This document shows, one piece after another, positions 36,799 through 47,484 of a stretch of DNA of 48,115 nt; the first letter of the stretch is position 1; every line of letters starts with the position of its first letter. The notes below the pieces were generated by a model. That model saw only the letters and a list, made by a program, of their open reading frames with translations, did not search any database and was not told the DNA's origin. The stretch is from positions 5,667,728-5,715,842 of the forward strand of contig NC_057756.1 in assembly GCF_004010195.1 (NCBI RefSeq). Reading direction: 5' to 3'. Source of the stretch: Chiloscyllium plagiosum (lineage: Eukaryota). Made by a program: the position numbers and the translations under genes.

Positions 36799-36856
36799 AT
36801 GCGCCAGAGAATCTCACAATTACTTCCCTTGATGGGATTAAAGATTCGTCAATCAC
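36799..36856 (+). CDS. Gene B, 5' part of an Ig exon (copy of 3733-4014), cut by an assembly gap
   Basis: ctcttag|ATGCGCCAGAGAATCTC... matches 3733-3790 up to the N-run. Confidence 0.8.
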
Positions 36857-38299
36857 NNNNNNNNNNNNNNNNNNNNNNNNNNNNNNNNNNNNNNNNNNNN
36901 NNNNNNNNNNNNNNNNNNNNNNNNNNNNNNNNNNNNNNNNNNNNNNNNNNNNNNNNNNNNNNNNNNNNNNNNNNNNNNNNNNNNNNNNNNNNNNNNNNNN
37001 NNNNNNNNNNNNNNNNNNNNNNNNNNNNNNNNNNNNNNNNNNNNNNNNNNNNNNNNNNNNNNNNNNNNNNNNNNNNNNNNNNNNNNNNNNNNNNNNNNNN
37101 NNNNNNNNNNNNNNNNNNNNNNNNNNNNNNNNNNNNNNNNNNNNNNNNNNNNNNNNNNNNNNNNNNNNNNNNNNNNNNNNNNNNNNNNNNNNNNNNNNNN
37201 NNNNNNNNNNNNNNNNNNNNNNNNNNNNNNNNNNNNNNNNNNNNNNNNNNNNNNNNNNNNNNNNNNNNNNNNNNNNNNNNNNNNNNNNNNNNNNNNNNNN
37301 NNNNNNNNNNNNNNNNNNNNNNNNNNNNNNNNNNNNNNNNNNNNNNNNNNNNNNNNNNNNNNNNNNNNNNNNNNNNNNNNNNNNNNNNNNNNNNNNNNNN
37401 NNNNNNNNNNNNNNNNNNNNNNNNNNNNNNNNNNNNNNNNNNNNNNNNNNNNNNNNNNNNNNNNNNNNNNNNNNNNNNNNNNNNNNNNNNNNNNNNNNNN
37501 NNNNNNNNNNNNNNNNGCGCTCCGAAAGCTAGTGCTTCCAAATAAACCTGTTGGACTATAACCTGGTGTTGTGTGATTTTTAACTTTGTTCACTCCAGTC
37601 CAACACCAGCTCCTCCACATCAATGGGGGAGTGATGGGAATCAGGGTAAGAGGGGGTAGTGGCAAGAGGAGGCTGTAGAGAGACACAGAAGGGGTGTAGG
37701 AGCTGGAGGAGGTTACAGAGATAGGGAGAGGTTTAGGGGCTGGGGCAGGTTACAGAGATAATGATGGGTGCAGGGGCTGGACAAGTTTAGAGATAGGGAC
37801 AATTGTTGAATGGGTTGTGATGACAAAGATAGGGAGGGTTCTCACAGGCTCCCCTGTGGTAGATCCCCCCCGCAGTTTCTGGGCAACCTCTGGAGCAGTT
37901 TATTTCGTGGAATCTGTAATTCTGTGCAGTGGTCTGTTGAGATCATGGCTGATTTACATGAGACCGAGATAGATTTCACCCTGTGAAAAACATTTCCAGA
38001 TTTCTCTAGAATAACACAATCCTGCGTGCAGAAAAGAGAGAAACCTCTGACAGGGAATCGAACAGGACAAACCTGCACTGTCTCCAATAGCTCACACTTT
38101 TACTTGATTCATTCTCTAAGTTTATTCACTATTACAGAACTTTAATTGAAATTAAATTTCACCATCTGTAATAATGTAATGTGAACCAATGTTCTCATAA
38201 CATTAGTCCTGGATTCTGAATTGCTCACCCAGTGACATTCTCACTGTGCCTCCACCACCATTGCTGTAGTGAAATGGAGGTTGAGAGAGATTGAGACCT

Positions 38300-38602
38300 G
38301 GGGCGGCACGATGGCTCAGTGGTTAGCACTGCTGCCTCACAACACCAGGGACCTGGGTTTGATTCCAGCCTTGGGTGACTATCTGTGTGGAGCTTTCACA
38401 TTCTCCCTGTGTCTGTGTCTGGGTGCTCCAGTTTCCTCTCACAGTCTAATATATGCAGGTCAGGTGAATTGGTCATGCTAAATTGCCAATAGTATTAGGT
38501 GCATTAGGGTAGGGGAATGGGTCTGGGTGGGTTACACTTCGGAGGGTCGGCGGTGGACTTGTTCGGCCGAAGGGCCTGTTTCCACACTGTTGGGAATCTA
38601 AT
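38300..38602 (+). mobile_element. HE1-like SINE ending about 40 bp upstream of the Arg-TM exon acceptor
   Basis: gggcggcacgatggctcagtggttagcactgctgcc head through the gggcctgtttccacactg tail. Confidence 0.85.
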
Positions 38603-38641
38603 CAGACAGGAAGTGATTAATCCTTTCTCTGTGTTTTCTAG

Positions 38642-38769
38642 GTAGCAGAGGAGAGAGTCTGCATGTGATCCTGATCCTGGGAATACGAGCTGGGATATTC
38701 ATTGTAGCTGTTGTTCTCACTGTTGCTGCTGTTTGTGTCTGTGAGGGGCAAACTGTCAAAGGAAGCTGA
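38642..38769 (+). CDS. Terminal TM exon with intramembrane Arg and short tail (activating-receptor type), probably gene B
   Basis: Pyrimidine tract tcctttctctgtgttttctag|GT, phase 1. GSRGESLHVILILGIRAGIFIVAVVLTVAAVCVCEGQTVKGS*, with Arg codon CGA at 38686-38688 and TGA at 38767-38769. Not in the ORF track. Confidence 0.75.
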
Positions 38770-40299
38770 AAGGCAGCTTCAAGCTTTATCAGTGCAACTG
38801 AATCCCATGGGATGTTGGGTTAGGTTGTACTGAGTCCAGTTAAGGGCACTGGTTCGGATCGTCTGAGAACCATAGAATTCTCAGGTAGCCATTCAGTCCA
38901 TTGAGCTATGCCAGCTGTCTCTGTACAGTTATGCAGTCAGTGCCATTTCCCCACTCTCTCCACATTGTTCTGAGAGTTTATTTCCCACAAATATTCATCC
39001 AAATTCTGTTTGAAATCAGTGAGCATCTTCCCTTCCACCCCACCTTGTAGGCAGTGAGATCCAGATCATTATCACTCACAGTGTATAACAGTCCTTCCTC
39101 ACAACCCCTGCTCTGCCTATCCCACCCTGAATCTTCAATATGTCTCCCCTTGTCCTTGTATCATCAGCAATGGGAACAGCTTTCCTTTGTCTCCCTGATC
39201 TAAACCTGGCCCCATCTCTTCCTCATCAGTCAGATTCACCCCCAGTCACCATCGCTCTGAGAAGAACAGCCCCAGCTTCCCCAAATGAACCCTGTCACTG
39301 AAATCCCTGCTTGCATTTGGGTCAATCTCCTCTGTACTCTGTTGGGGACACTCACCTCTTTCCCCCTTAAAGACCCGCACATCCTTCCCCCCACAGAGGA
39401 CCCTCACATGCTTCCCCGTTGAAGAGCCTGGCATCCTTTCTGAAGTTCACTGACCAGAACTGGACACAGTATTCTCTTTGTAAATGTTCAGTACAGTTTC
39501 CTTGCCTTTGTCCGTGATCCTGATGAAGGGCTTATGCCTGAAACGTCAATTCTCCTGCTCCTCGGTTGCTGCCTGACCTGCTGTGCTTTTCCAGTACCAC
39601 ACTCTCAAGTCTGATCTCAGCATCTGCAGTNNNNNNNNNNNNNNNNNNNNNNNNNNNNNNNNNNNNNNNNNNNNNNNNNNNNNNNNNNNNNNNNNNNNNN
39701 NNNNNNNNNNNNNNNNNNNNNNNNNNNNNNNNNNNNNNNNNNNNNNNNNNNNNNNNNNNNNNNNNNNNNNNNNNNNNNNNNNNNNNNNNNNNNNNNNNNN
39801 NNNNNNNNNNNNNNNNNNNNNNNNNNNNNNNNNNNNNNNNNNNNNNNNNNNNNNNNNNNNNNNNNNNNNNNNNNNNNNNNNNNNNNNNNNNNNNNNNNNN
39901 NNNNNNNNNNNNNNNNNNNNNNNNNNNNNNNNNNNNNNNNNNNNNNNNNNNNNNNNNNNNNNNNNNNNNNNNNNNNNNNNNNNNNNNNNNNNNNNNNNNN
40001 NNNNNNNNNNNNNNNNNNNNNNNNNNNNNNNNNNNNNNNNNNNNNNNNNNNNNNNNNNNNNNNNNNNNNNNNNNNNNNNNNNNNNNNNNNNNNNNNNNNN
40101 NNNNNNNNNNNNNNNNNNNNNNNNNNNNNNAGCGTGTTGCCTCCCTGCTCCCACATTCAATGATATCACAGGACAATCCTTCTGGGTGAGTGAGAACTAT
40201 GGTTTAAATTGGTACGATCAAAATGGGTAGGAAGGGCAGGTGCTCCTTGGAAACCTGGTGACCAACAGACCAAATGACAGAAGGAACGTTTAGAGACAA

Positions 40300-40775
40300 C
40301 AGAGTAATAGAAACAGACCCTTCGGTCCAACCCGTCCATGCCGACCAGATATCCCAACCCAATCTAGTCCCACCTGCCAGCACCCGGCCCATATCCCTCC
40401 AAACCCTTCCTATTCATATACCCATCCAGATTCCTCTTAAATGTTGCAATTGTACCAGCCTCCACCACATCCTCTGGCAGCTCATTCCATACACGTACCA
40501 CCCTCTGGGTGAAAAAGTTGTCCCATCCTTGTAAATCTTTTCTGAACCCTTTCAAGTTTCACAACATCTTTCCGATAGGAAGGAGACCAGAATTTCACGC
40601 AATATTCCAACAGTGGCCTAACTAATGTCCTGTACAGCCGCAAAATGACCTCACAACTCCTGCACTCAACACTCTGACCAATAAAGGAAAGCATACCAAA
40701 CGCCTTCTTCACTATCCTATCGACCTGGGACTCCACTTTCAAGGAGCTATGAACCTGCACTCCAAGGTCCCTTTG
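40300..40775 (-). mobile_element. CR1-clade LINE 3' fragment with an internal deletion
   Basis: QRDLGVQVHSSLKVESQVDRIVKKAFGML...LYRTLVRPLLEYCVKFWSPSYRKD. Confidence 0.88.
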
Positions 40776-41694
40776 GTTAGGGGACGGTGACCATTGCATC
40801 ATACGGATTAGGATGGAACTGGAAAAATGATATACATATGGATAAACACATGGATGAAAATGGTGTAGTGTAGGAACGATAGGCTTCAGATTGGTTCCAC
40901 AGGTTGGTGCAACATCGAGGGCCGAAGGGCCTGCACTGAGCTGTGATGTTCGATGTTCTATCAATCAACAGGCAGAGACCAGGATTCCATGGAATAAGGA
41001 CAGAGTTGGATAGATTGGGTCCAAATAACTCTGATGTTGCAGCTATTACAGAGACTTGGTTGAGAGAGGGACAAGCTTAATGTTCCAGGATTTAGGTGGT
41101 TAAGGTGTGATAGAGAGTGTCGTAAAAGGGGTAGGGAACTTGTGTTAATGATAGGGAGAATATTACAATGGTACTGAGGGAGGACAACCTGGAGGGTTCA
41201 TCCAGTGAGACATGGGTGGAGCTCAGGGAAAGGCAGGGTGTAATTACTTTGATGGGATTGTACCACAGGTCACCAATAGCCAGGTGACTGAGGAACAGAT
41301 AGGTGGACAGGTTATGCAAAGATGTGAAAGTGTGCTTTGAACTTTCCTTATTTTGTTTGGAACTCACTCGGTGCCAGGGGCTTGGATTGTGGGCAATTTG
41401 TAAAGGTTTTCCACGGCAGTTTTTCAAATAATATGTACGTAGTACAAAGAGGGAAGGGGCAATACTAAACTATTGGGTAGTTAGCCCTGTCAGCTGATTG
41501 AAGTTTCAGTGCGGGAGCACTTCAGGAACAGCAGCCATAATTCTGTAAGTTTTTAGTTACTTATGGATAAGGATTGGAGTAGTCCTCAGGTGAAACTGGG
41601 GAAAGGCGAACTATCCCAATATTTGGCAGGAACTGGGGAATGTATACTGGGAGCGGCTTTTTGAGGGTAAATTCACATCTGGCAGAGAGCTCAG

Positions 41695-42622
41695 AACAAT
41701 ACAGTGCAGAACAGGCCCTCGATACTGCACTACCTGTGAACTAATCTAAGCCCATCCCCCAACACTATCCCATCGTCATCCATGTGCTTATCTAAGGATT
41801 GTTTAAATCTCTCTAATGTGGCTGAGTTAACTACATTAGCAGGTACTGCATTCCACGCCCTTACCACTGAGTAAAGAACCTGCCTCTGACATCTGTCTTA
41901 AATCTATCACCCCTCAATTTGTAGTTATGCCCCCTCGTACAATCTGACGTCATCATCCTAGGAAAAAGACTTTCACTGTCTACCCTATCTAATCCTCTGA
42001 TCATCTTGTATGTCTCTATCAAATCCTCTCTTAGCCTTCTTCTCTCCAATGAGAACTGACCCAAGTCTCTCAGCCTTTCCTCATAAGACCTTCCCTCCAG
42101 ACCAGGCAAAATCCTGGTAAATCCCCTCTGCACCTTTTCCAATGCTTCCACATCCTTCCTGTAGTGGGGCGACCAGAACTGTACACAATATTCCAAGTGC
42201 GGCCGCACTAGTGTTTTGTATAGTTGCAGCATGACATTGCGGCTCCGGAACTCAATCCCTCTATCAATGAAACGTAACACACCGTACGCCTTCTAAACAG
42301 CACTATCCACCTGGGAGGCAACTTTCAGGGATCTATGTACATGGACTCCAAGATCCCTCTGCACATCCACACTACCAAGAATCTTTCCATTGACCCAGTA
42401 CTCTGCCTTCCTGTTATTCTTCCCAAAGTGCATCACCTCACATTTAGCTGCATTGAACTCCATTTGCCACCTCTCAGCCCAATTCTGCAGTTTACCCAAA
42501 TCCCCCTGCAACCTGTAACATTCTTCCACATTGTCCACTACTCCACCGACTTTAGTGTCATCTGCAAACTTACTAACCCATCCACCTATGCCTGCGTCTA
42601 AGTCGTTTATAATATTTGACAA
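41695..42622 (-). mobile_element. Relatively young 5'-truncated CR1-clade LINE nested in an older plus-strand CR1 relic (about 40980-43110)
   Basis: INDLDAGIGGWVSKFADDTK (RT catalytic FADD)...LQLYKTLVRPHLEYCVQFWSPHYRKD with few lesions. Confidence 0.92.
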
Positions 42623-43365
42623 ACTTTATGAAAATGACAAGCATTTAAAGGCCAGGTAACTGAATTTGAAGTGGCAAAGAACCAAACAAGTAATTTGGAA
42701 GGTTAAAAGGGACCATGAAATGTCTTTGGCACACAGGATTCAGAAAAATTCTAAGGCATTTCATGCAGATACAAGGACCAAGAGGATGGTGAGGCGAAAA
42801 TGGAGACCTATTCAAGGACAGAGGAGGGTCATAGTCATAGAGTCATAGAGATATACAGCATGGAAACAGACCCTTCGGTCCAACCCGTCCATGCCAACCC
42901 AGATTGGGTGGAGCCAGGAGACCTGGGTGAGGTCTGTAGATTGATGTTCAATGAAGGAGAAGAGCATGGTAGATGATGAGTTTAGAGAGGGCATGCTGAT
43001 ATTCTAAGGGATAGTGATATTAAAACAAAAGGTGTTGTTGGATGTTAAGGCAGACATATCCCAGGTCTTGATAGAATCGATCTCAGCATGCTAAGGTGAG
43101 GAAACTCCTGGGGCCAATTGCTGGGGCGGTTGGACAAATGTTTTAGAGTCATAGAGCTGTACAACACAGAAACAGACCCTTCGGACCAACACATCATTCC
43201 CAAGGAGATATCCGAAATTAATGTTGTTCCATTTGCTAGCACTTGGCACATATCCCTCTAAACCCTTCCTATTCATGTACCCCCAGCCTCCACCACTTCC
43301 TCTGACAGCTCATTCCATACACGCACCAGCCTCTGTGTGAAAACATTGTCCCTTAGGTCTCTTTA

Positions 43366-43668
43366 GGGCGGCACGGTGGCTCAGTGGTTAGCTCTGCTAT
43401 CTCACAGCACCAGGGACCCAGGTTCGATTCCAGCCTCGGGTGACTGTCTGTGTGGAGTTTACACATTCTCCCCGTGTCTGCGTGGGTTTGCTCCAGGTGC
43501 CCCGGTTTCCTCCCACAGTCCAAAGATGTGCAGGCCATGCTAAATTGCCCATTGAGTTAGGTGCATTAGTCAGAGGGAAATGGGTCTGGGTGGGTTACTC
43601 TTCGGAGGGTCAGTATGGACTTGTTGGGCTGAAGGGCCTGTTTTCATATGGTAGGGAATCTAATCTAA
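43366..43668 (+). mobile_element. HE1-like SINE
   Basis: Full head, body and aatctaatctaa tail. Confidence 0.85.
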
Positions 43669-43970
43669 CCTGAATCATTCCCCTGTCACCCTAAACCTAT
43701 GCCCTCTAGTTCTCCCACTGCAGGGAATGTATCCTGTTGAGTCACAGATCCCAGAAAACTGTGGAATAGCCAATTTTGTTCTTTGGTTCAGAAAGACAAC
43801 AGGAATAATCTGGGAAATTCCAAGGTGGTGAATCTACGTCAGTGGCAGGGAAATTATTGAGGAAGGTTCTGAGGAACAGGATTTGCTCACATTTGGAAAA
43901 ATATGGATTTATTAGCAATAGAGTAAGGGAAGGTATATTGATGTAAAATAATCCATTCTCTGTGTGTAAG

Positions 43971-44264
43971 ATTTCACAGATAAACCCACGATATTCCCTG
44001 TGGAAATTATCGCAGGAAAGTGTGTGAGTCTCAGCTGTATCTTCAATACAACGTGCACTGGAACAGCACCTGTCTTAACCTGGGACACTCCCACTGCTGT
44101 ACATGGATCACTCTCAAACACCGTCACTCAGCGTGGGGTCACTCTGAGCTATACTTCTGTTCTGAGCCTGACACCATCACTCAGGCACCAGGGACAGACC
44201 CTCACCTGCAGAGTGAGTTATCCAACTGTGTCATCAGAGCAGACCCTCGGACTGACAGTGCAAT
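43971..44264 (+). CDS. Gene C, Siglec domain-2-type Ig exon
   Basis: tgtgtaag|AT ... CAAT|gtaagt; 294 bp, phase 1-1. DFTDKPTIFPVEIIAGKCVSLSCIFNTTCTGTAPVLTW...QGQTLTCRVSYPTVSSEQTLGLTVQ. Confidence 0.9.
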
Positions 44265-44777
44265 GTAAGTATGGACACGTTTCATTCAACATTCGCTGTA
44301 ATTGCTTACAGCAACCCAATGTCACACAGTCACAGAGGTCTAAAGAACAGAAAAGGCCCTTCAGCCCATTGCTGTACTGACCACAAACAACCCCTAATGG
44401 CTCTCATTCCTTTTCCCCGCACTTGGCCCAAGGCCTGGTATGCTTTAGCATCACCAGCGCACATTGAAATATTTCTTCAATGTTATCGGGAGGCAACAAT
44501 CTCGTGATACTATCTCGAGTCCAGACAATATTCTGGGAACCCGGTTTCCCTGGGCAGGTGGGGAATTGGAGTTCAGTAACGAATCTGGCATTAAGTGTCT
44601 CATGATGAAAAACCCATCTGGGTCAGTGATGCCCTTTAGGGAAGGAGGCTGTCACCCTTACCTGGTCTGGCCTACACGTGACTCCACACCCACAGCAATG
44701 GGGTTGGCTCTGAACTGTATTCTGGGCAATTAATGTCGATGCTGGCCCAGCCAGCGATGCCCTTATCTCTAACACAT

Positions 44778-45048
44778 GGGGCAGCACGATGGCTCAGTGG
44801 ATGGGACCCGGGTTCGATTCCAGCCTCAGGCGACTGACTGTGTGGAGTTTGCACATTCTCCCCGTGTCTGCGTGGGTTTCCTCTGGGTGCTCCGGTTTCC
44901 TCCCACAGTCAAAAGATGTGCAGGTCAGGGTGAATTGCCTGTGCTAAATTGCCCCACACTGTCTAAGTGGGGTCGCCATGGGAAACGCACTGATAGTGTG
45001 GGTCTTGGTGGGACGCTCTTCAGGGAGTCAGTGTGGACTCGGGCCAAA
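44778..45048 (+). mobile_element. HE1-like SINE
   Basis: Head with an internal deletion, plus V-domain. Confidence 0.8.
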
Positions 45049-46399
45049 TGAATGAATAAATGAATGAATATTTAGAAAGACGGTTTCTGCCTCCTCCACC
45101 CTTTCAGAAAGCCAAATCCAGAGTCTCACCACCGTCTGGGTGAAGAAATATTTCCACGCTTCTCCCTTAAACTCCTGGTCATTGATCCCTACCCCCACAG
45201 GAAGAGTCTCTTCCATGCTCCCCAATATATGTACATCATATATCCACGTTAAAATCATGGTCCTCTTCAGTTTGCTCTGCCTCTAAAACACGCCATCCCA
45301 GTCTGTCCGATCACTTCCTCGTAACGGAAACCCTCCAGTGCAGACAACATCTGAATAAATCTCCTCTGCACCCTCTCCAGTGAAATCCTGGTCCTCCTGT
45401 GATGTAGATTCCACTACACACAATACTCTAGTTGCGGCCTAACTAACATCTGATGTAAAGGTGCTGCACACCAGGTTTTAATTGAGCAATATTGAATGAA
45501 GGGCTTTTGCCCGAAACGTCGATTTTCCTGCTCCTCGGATGCTGCCTGACCTGCTGTGCTTTTCCAGCACCACTCTAATCTAGACTCTGATTTCCAGCAT
45601 CTGCAGTGCCCACTTTCGCCTCATAATCTTTTTACGTCTGACCGAGAGGGCAGAGTCGCATTTTGAGATGTCGCGTTAAAGTTGGAACGGTTGAGAGGGC
45701 CTGACTGTCTCAATATTGATATTTCAGCGCATGATATTCCTTCAGCACTGAGGTCCAACTGGATGGGAGTCCCTGAGTGCTGACCCTCTGACAGCCGCTT
45801 TCCCCCTCAGTACTCGCCCTCGGTATTGACCAACAGACAGTGCAGCATCCCTTTGGGACTGACCCTCCAACAGTGTGGCAATTGCTCTGGACGGAACTGA
45901 TGTTTTGAGATATTGAGACTGAAATCACGAGATATAACTTTGATATTTATCATGATTGGAAATTCTTAACCCTTCTGACCTCAGTGCAACGTGGGAAGGT
46001 CCAACAGGCCAGATTTGGAGGAGGACATAGATCTCTGAGATACCAGCTGCTGGAGGGGGTGACAGAGATAGGGAGGGGGTGTAGGGGCTGGAGGGGGTTA
46101 CAGAGATAGGGAGGGTGTGTATGGGGCTGGAGGGGGTTACAGAGATAACGAGGGGCTGTAGGGGCTGGAGGGGGTTATTGAGATGGGGAGCGATTTGAAA
46201 ACAAGGGTGGGGATTATAAGTTCCCTGTTCAGCTCATGACAGAGTGTAATTGTTGAATCCAATTATCAAGTTTTCGTTGTGCTGAGGTTTCGAGGGTGGG
46301 AGATGGGAAAGCATTGAGCTTGGAGTGAACCAAGACACTGATGAAACTTTTTGCGTTAACTCTTCTGTTGTTGACTGATTGCTGTCATTCCCTGCTCAG

Positions 46400-46693
46400 A
46401 TGGTCCAGTGTTTTCCCGAGAGTTGGAATGTGCTCGGAGGGCAGAGGGGATTACCTGCACCTGTGCGGCCAACTCCAATCCTCCCGGAGACCTCACCTGG
46501 CACCTGCCCCATGCCAACCTCAGCGGGAACCAAACTCACGGAGACTTTGTATCACAGCAGCTCAGAGTGGGGCATCTGGTGATGGGCTCTCTGACCCTGA
46601 CAGGGCACCCGGAGGAAGAGGAAACGATGGCATCCTGCTGGGTTCGAAACCCGCACGGGGCAGCCACGCTCAAGGCATATTTTTGGGTCAAAG
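46400..46693 (+). CDS. Gene C, membrane-proximal Ig exon (MAG D5 type)
   Basis: cctgctcag|AT ... AAAG|gtgaga; 294 bp, phase 1-1. YGPVFSRELECARRAEGITCTCAANSNPPGDLTWHLPHANLSGNQT...ASCWVRNPHGAATLKAYFWVKG, a paralog of 9371-9664. Confidence 0.9.
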
Positions 46694-47139
46694 GTGAGAG
46701 TATCGCTCAGGACTGGACTCGAGAATCCGCCTCTGCTCTCTCTCCACCTCCTTTAAGATACTCTTTCCCACCAGCCTCCTTGACCAACCTGTGACCACGC
46801 CAACACTGGATACAATTCGACTCAGACCATTCAGGGATGGGGATCAGGAAGCACTTCCTTGACACTTACTGGGGCTGGTGTCTCAGCACTGGCAGCTGGC
46901 AGAGTGGGAGGTGTGGCAGGACTGTTGTGGCACGTGGTGGGTGTGTCAAATACACTTGTGGGAAGACGGTTCAGAACTGGGTACAGGGGGTGGGATGTCA
47001 AAGCCAGCGTTGGGATGGGGCAGGGGAAGGAGTGGGGAGAGTGTCAAAGTTGACAGGACGTGGGGTGGGGACACTGTTGGGGAATGCAGGCCGGCGAAGC
47101 AGAGGAGTTGAATCTCTTATTTTTGAATTGGAGGCATAT

Positions 47140-47481
47140 CATAGATTCCCTAAAGTGTGAAAACAGGCCCTTCGGCCCAACAAGTCCACACTGATCCTGC
47201 AAAGAGTAATCCGCCAAGACCCATTTCCTATGACTCTACATTAACCCACAGCTAATGCACCTAACTCACACATCGCTGATCACTATGAGCAATTTAGCCA
47301 ATTCATCCTGACCTGCACATCTTTGGATTGTGGGAGGAAACCGGAGCACACCAAGGAAACCCACACAGACACGGGGAGAATGTGCAAACTCCACACAGTC
47401 TGTCACCCGAAGCTGGAATCGAACCCGGCTATCTGGCGCTGTGAGGCAGCAGTGCTAACCACTCAGCCAGCATACCACCCA
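47140..47481 (-). mobile_element. HE1-like SINE
   Basis: Reverse-strand head, body and tail. Confidence 0.85.
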
Positions 47482-47484
47482 AAG

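Larger units (their letters stand above)
32972..36856 (+). repeat. Segmental duplication, copy 2 (bounded by gaps on both sides)
   Basis: Matches 1-3790. Duplicate ORF translations in the track confirm it. Confidence 0.95.

Noticed and set aside
40131..40191. Strong donor-like TGG|gtgagt just after a gap, as the end of a leader or V-set exon of gene C
   Set aside because: None of the three frames resembles a signal peptide or a V-set G-strand, and the upstream part is in the gap. Unsupported.
41861..42622. Host reverse-transcriptase gene
   Set aside because: It is a 5'-truncated, interrupted CR1 LINE copy, not a domesticated ORF.
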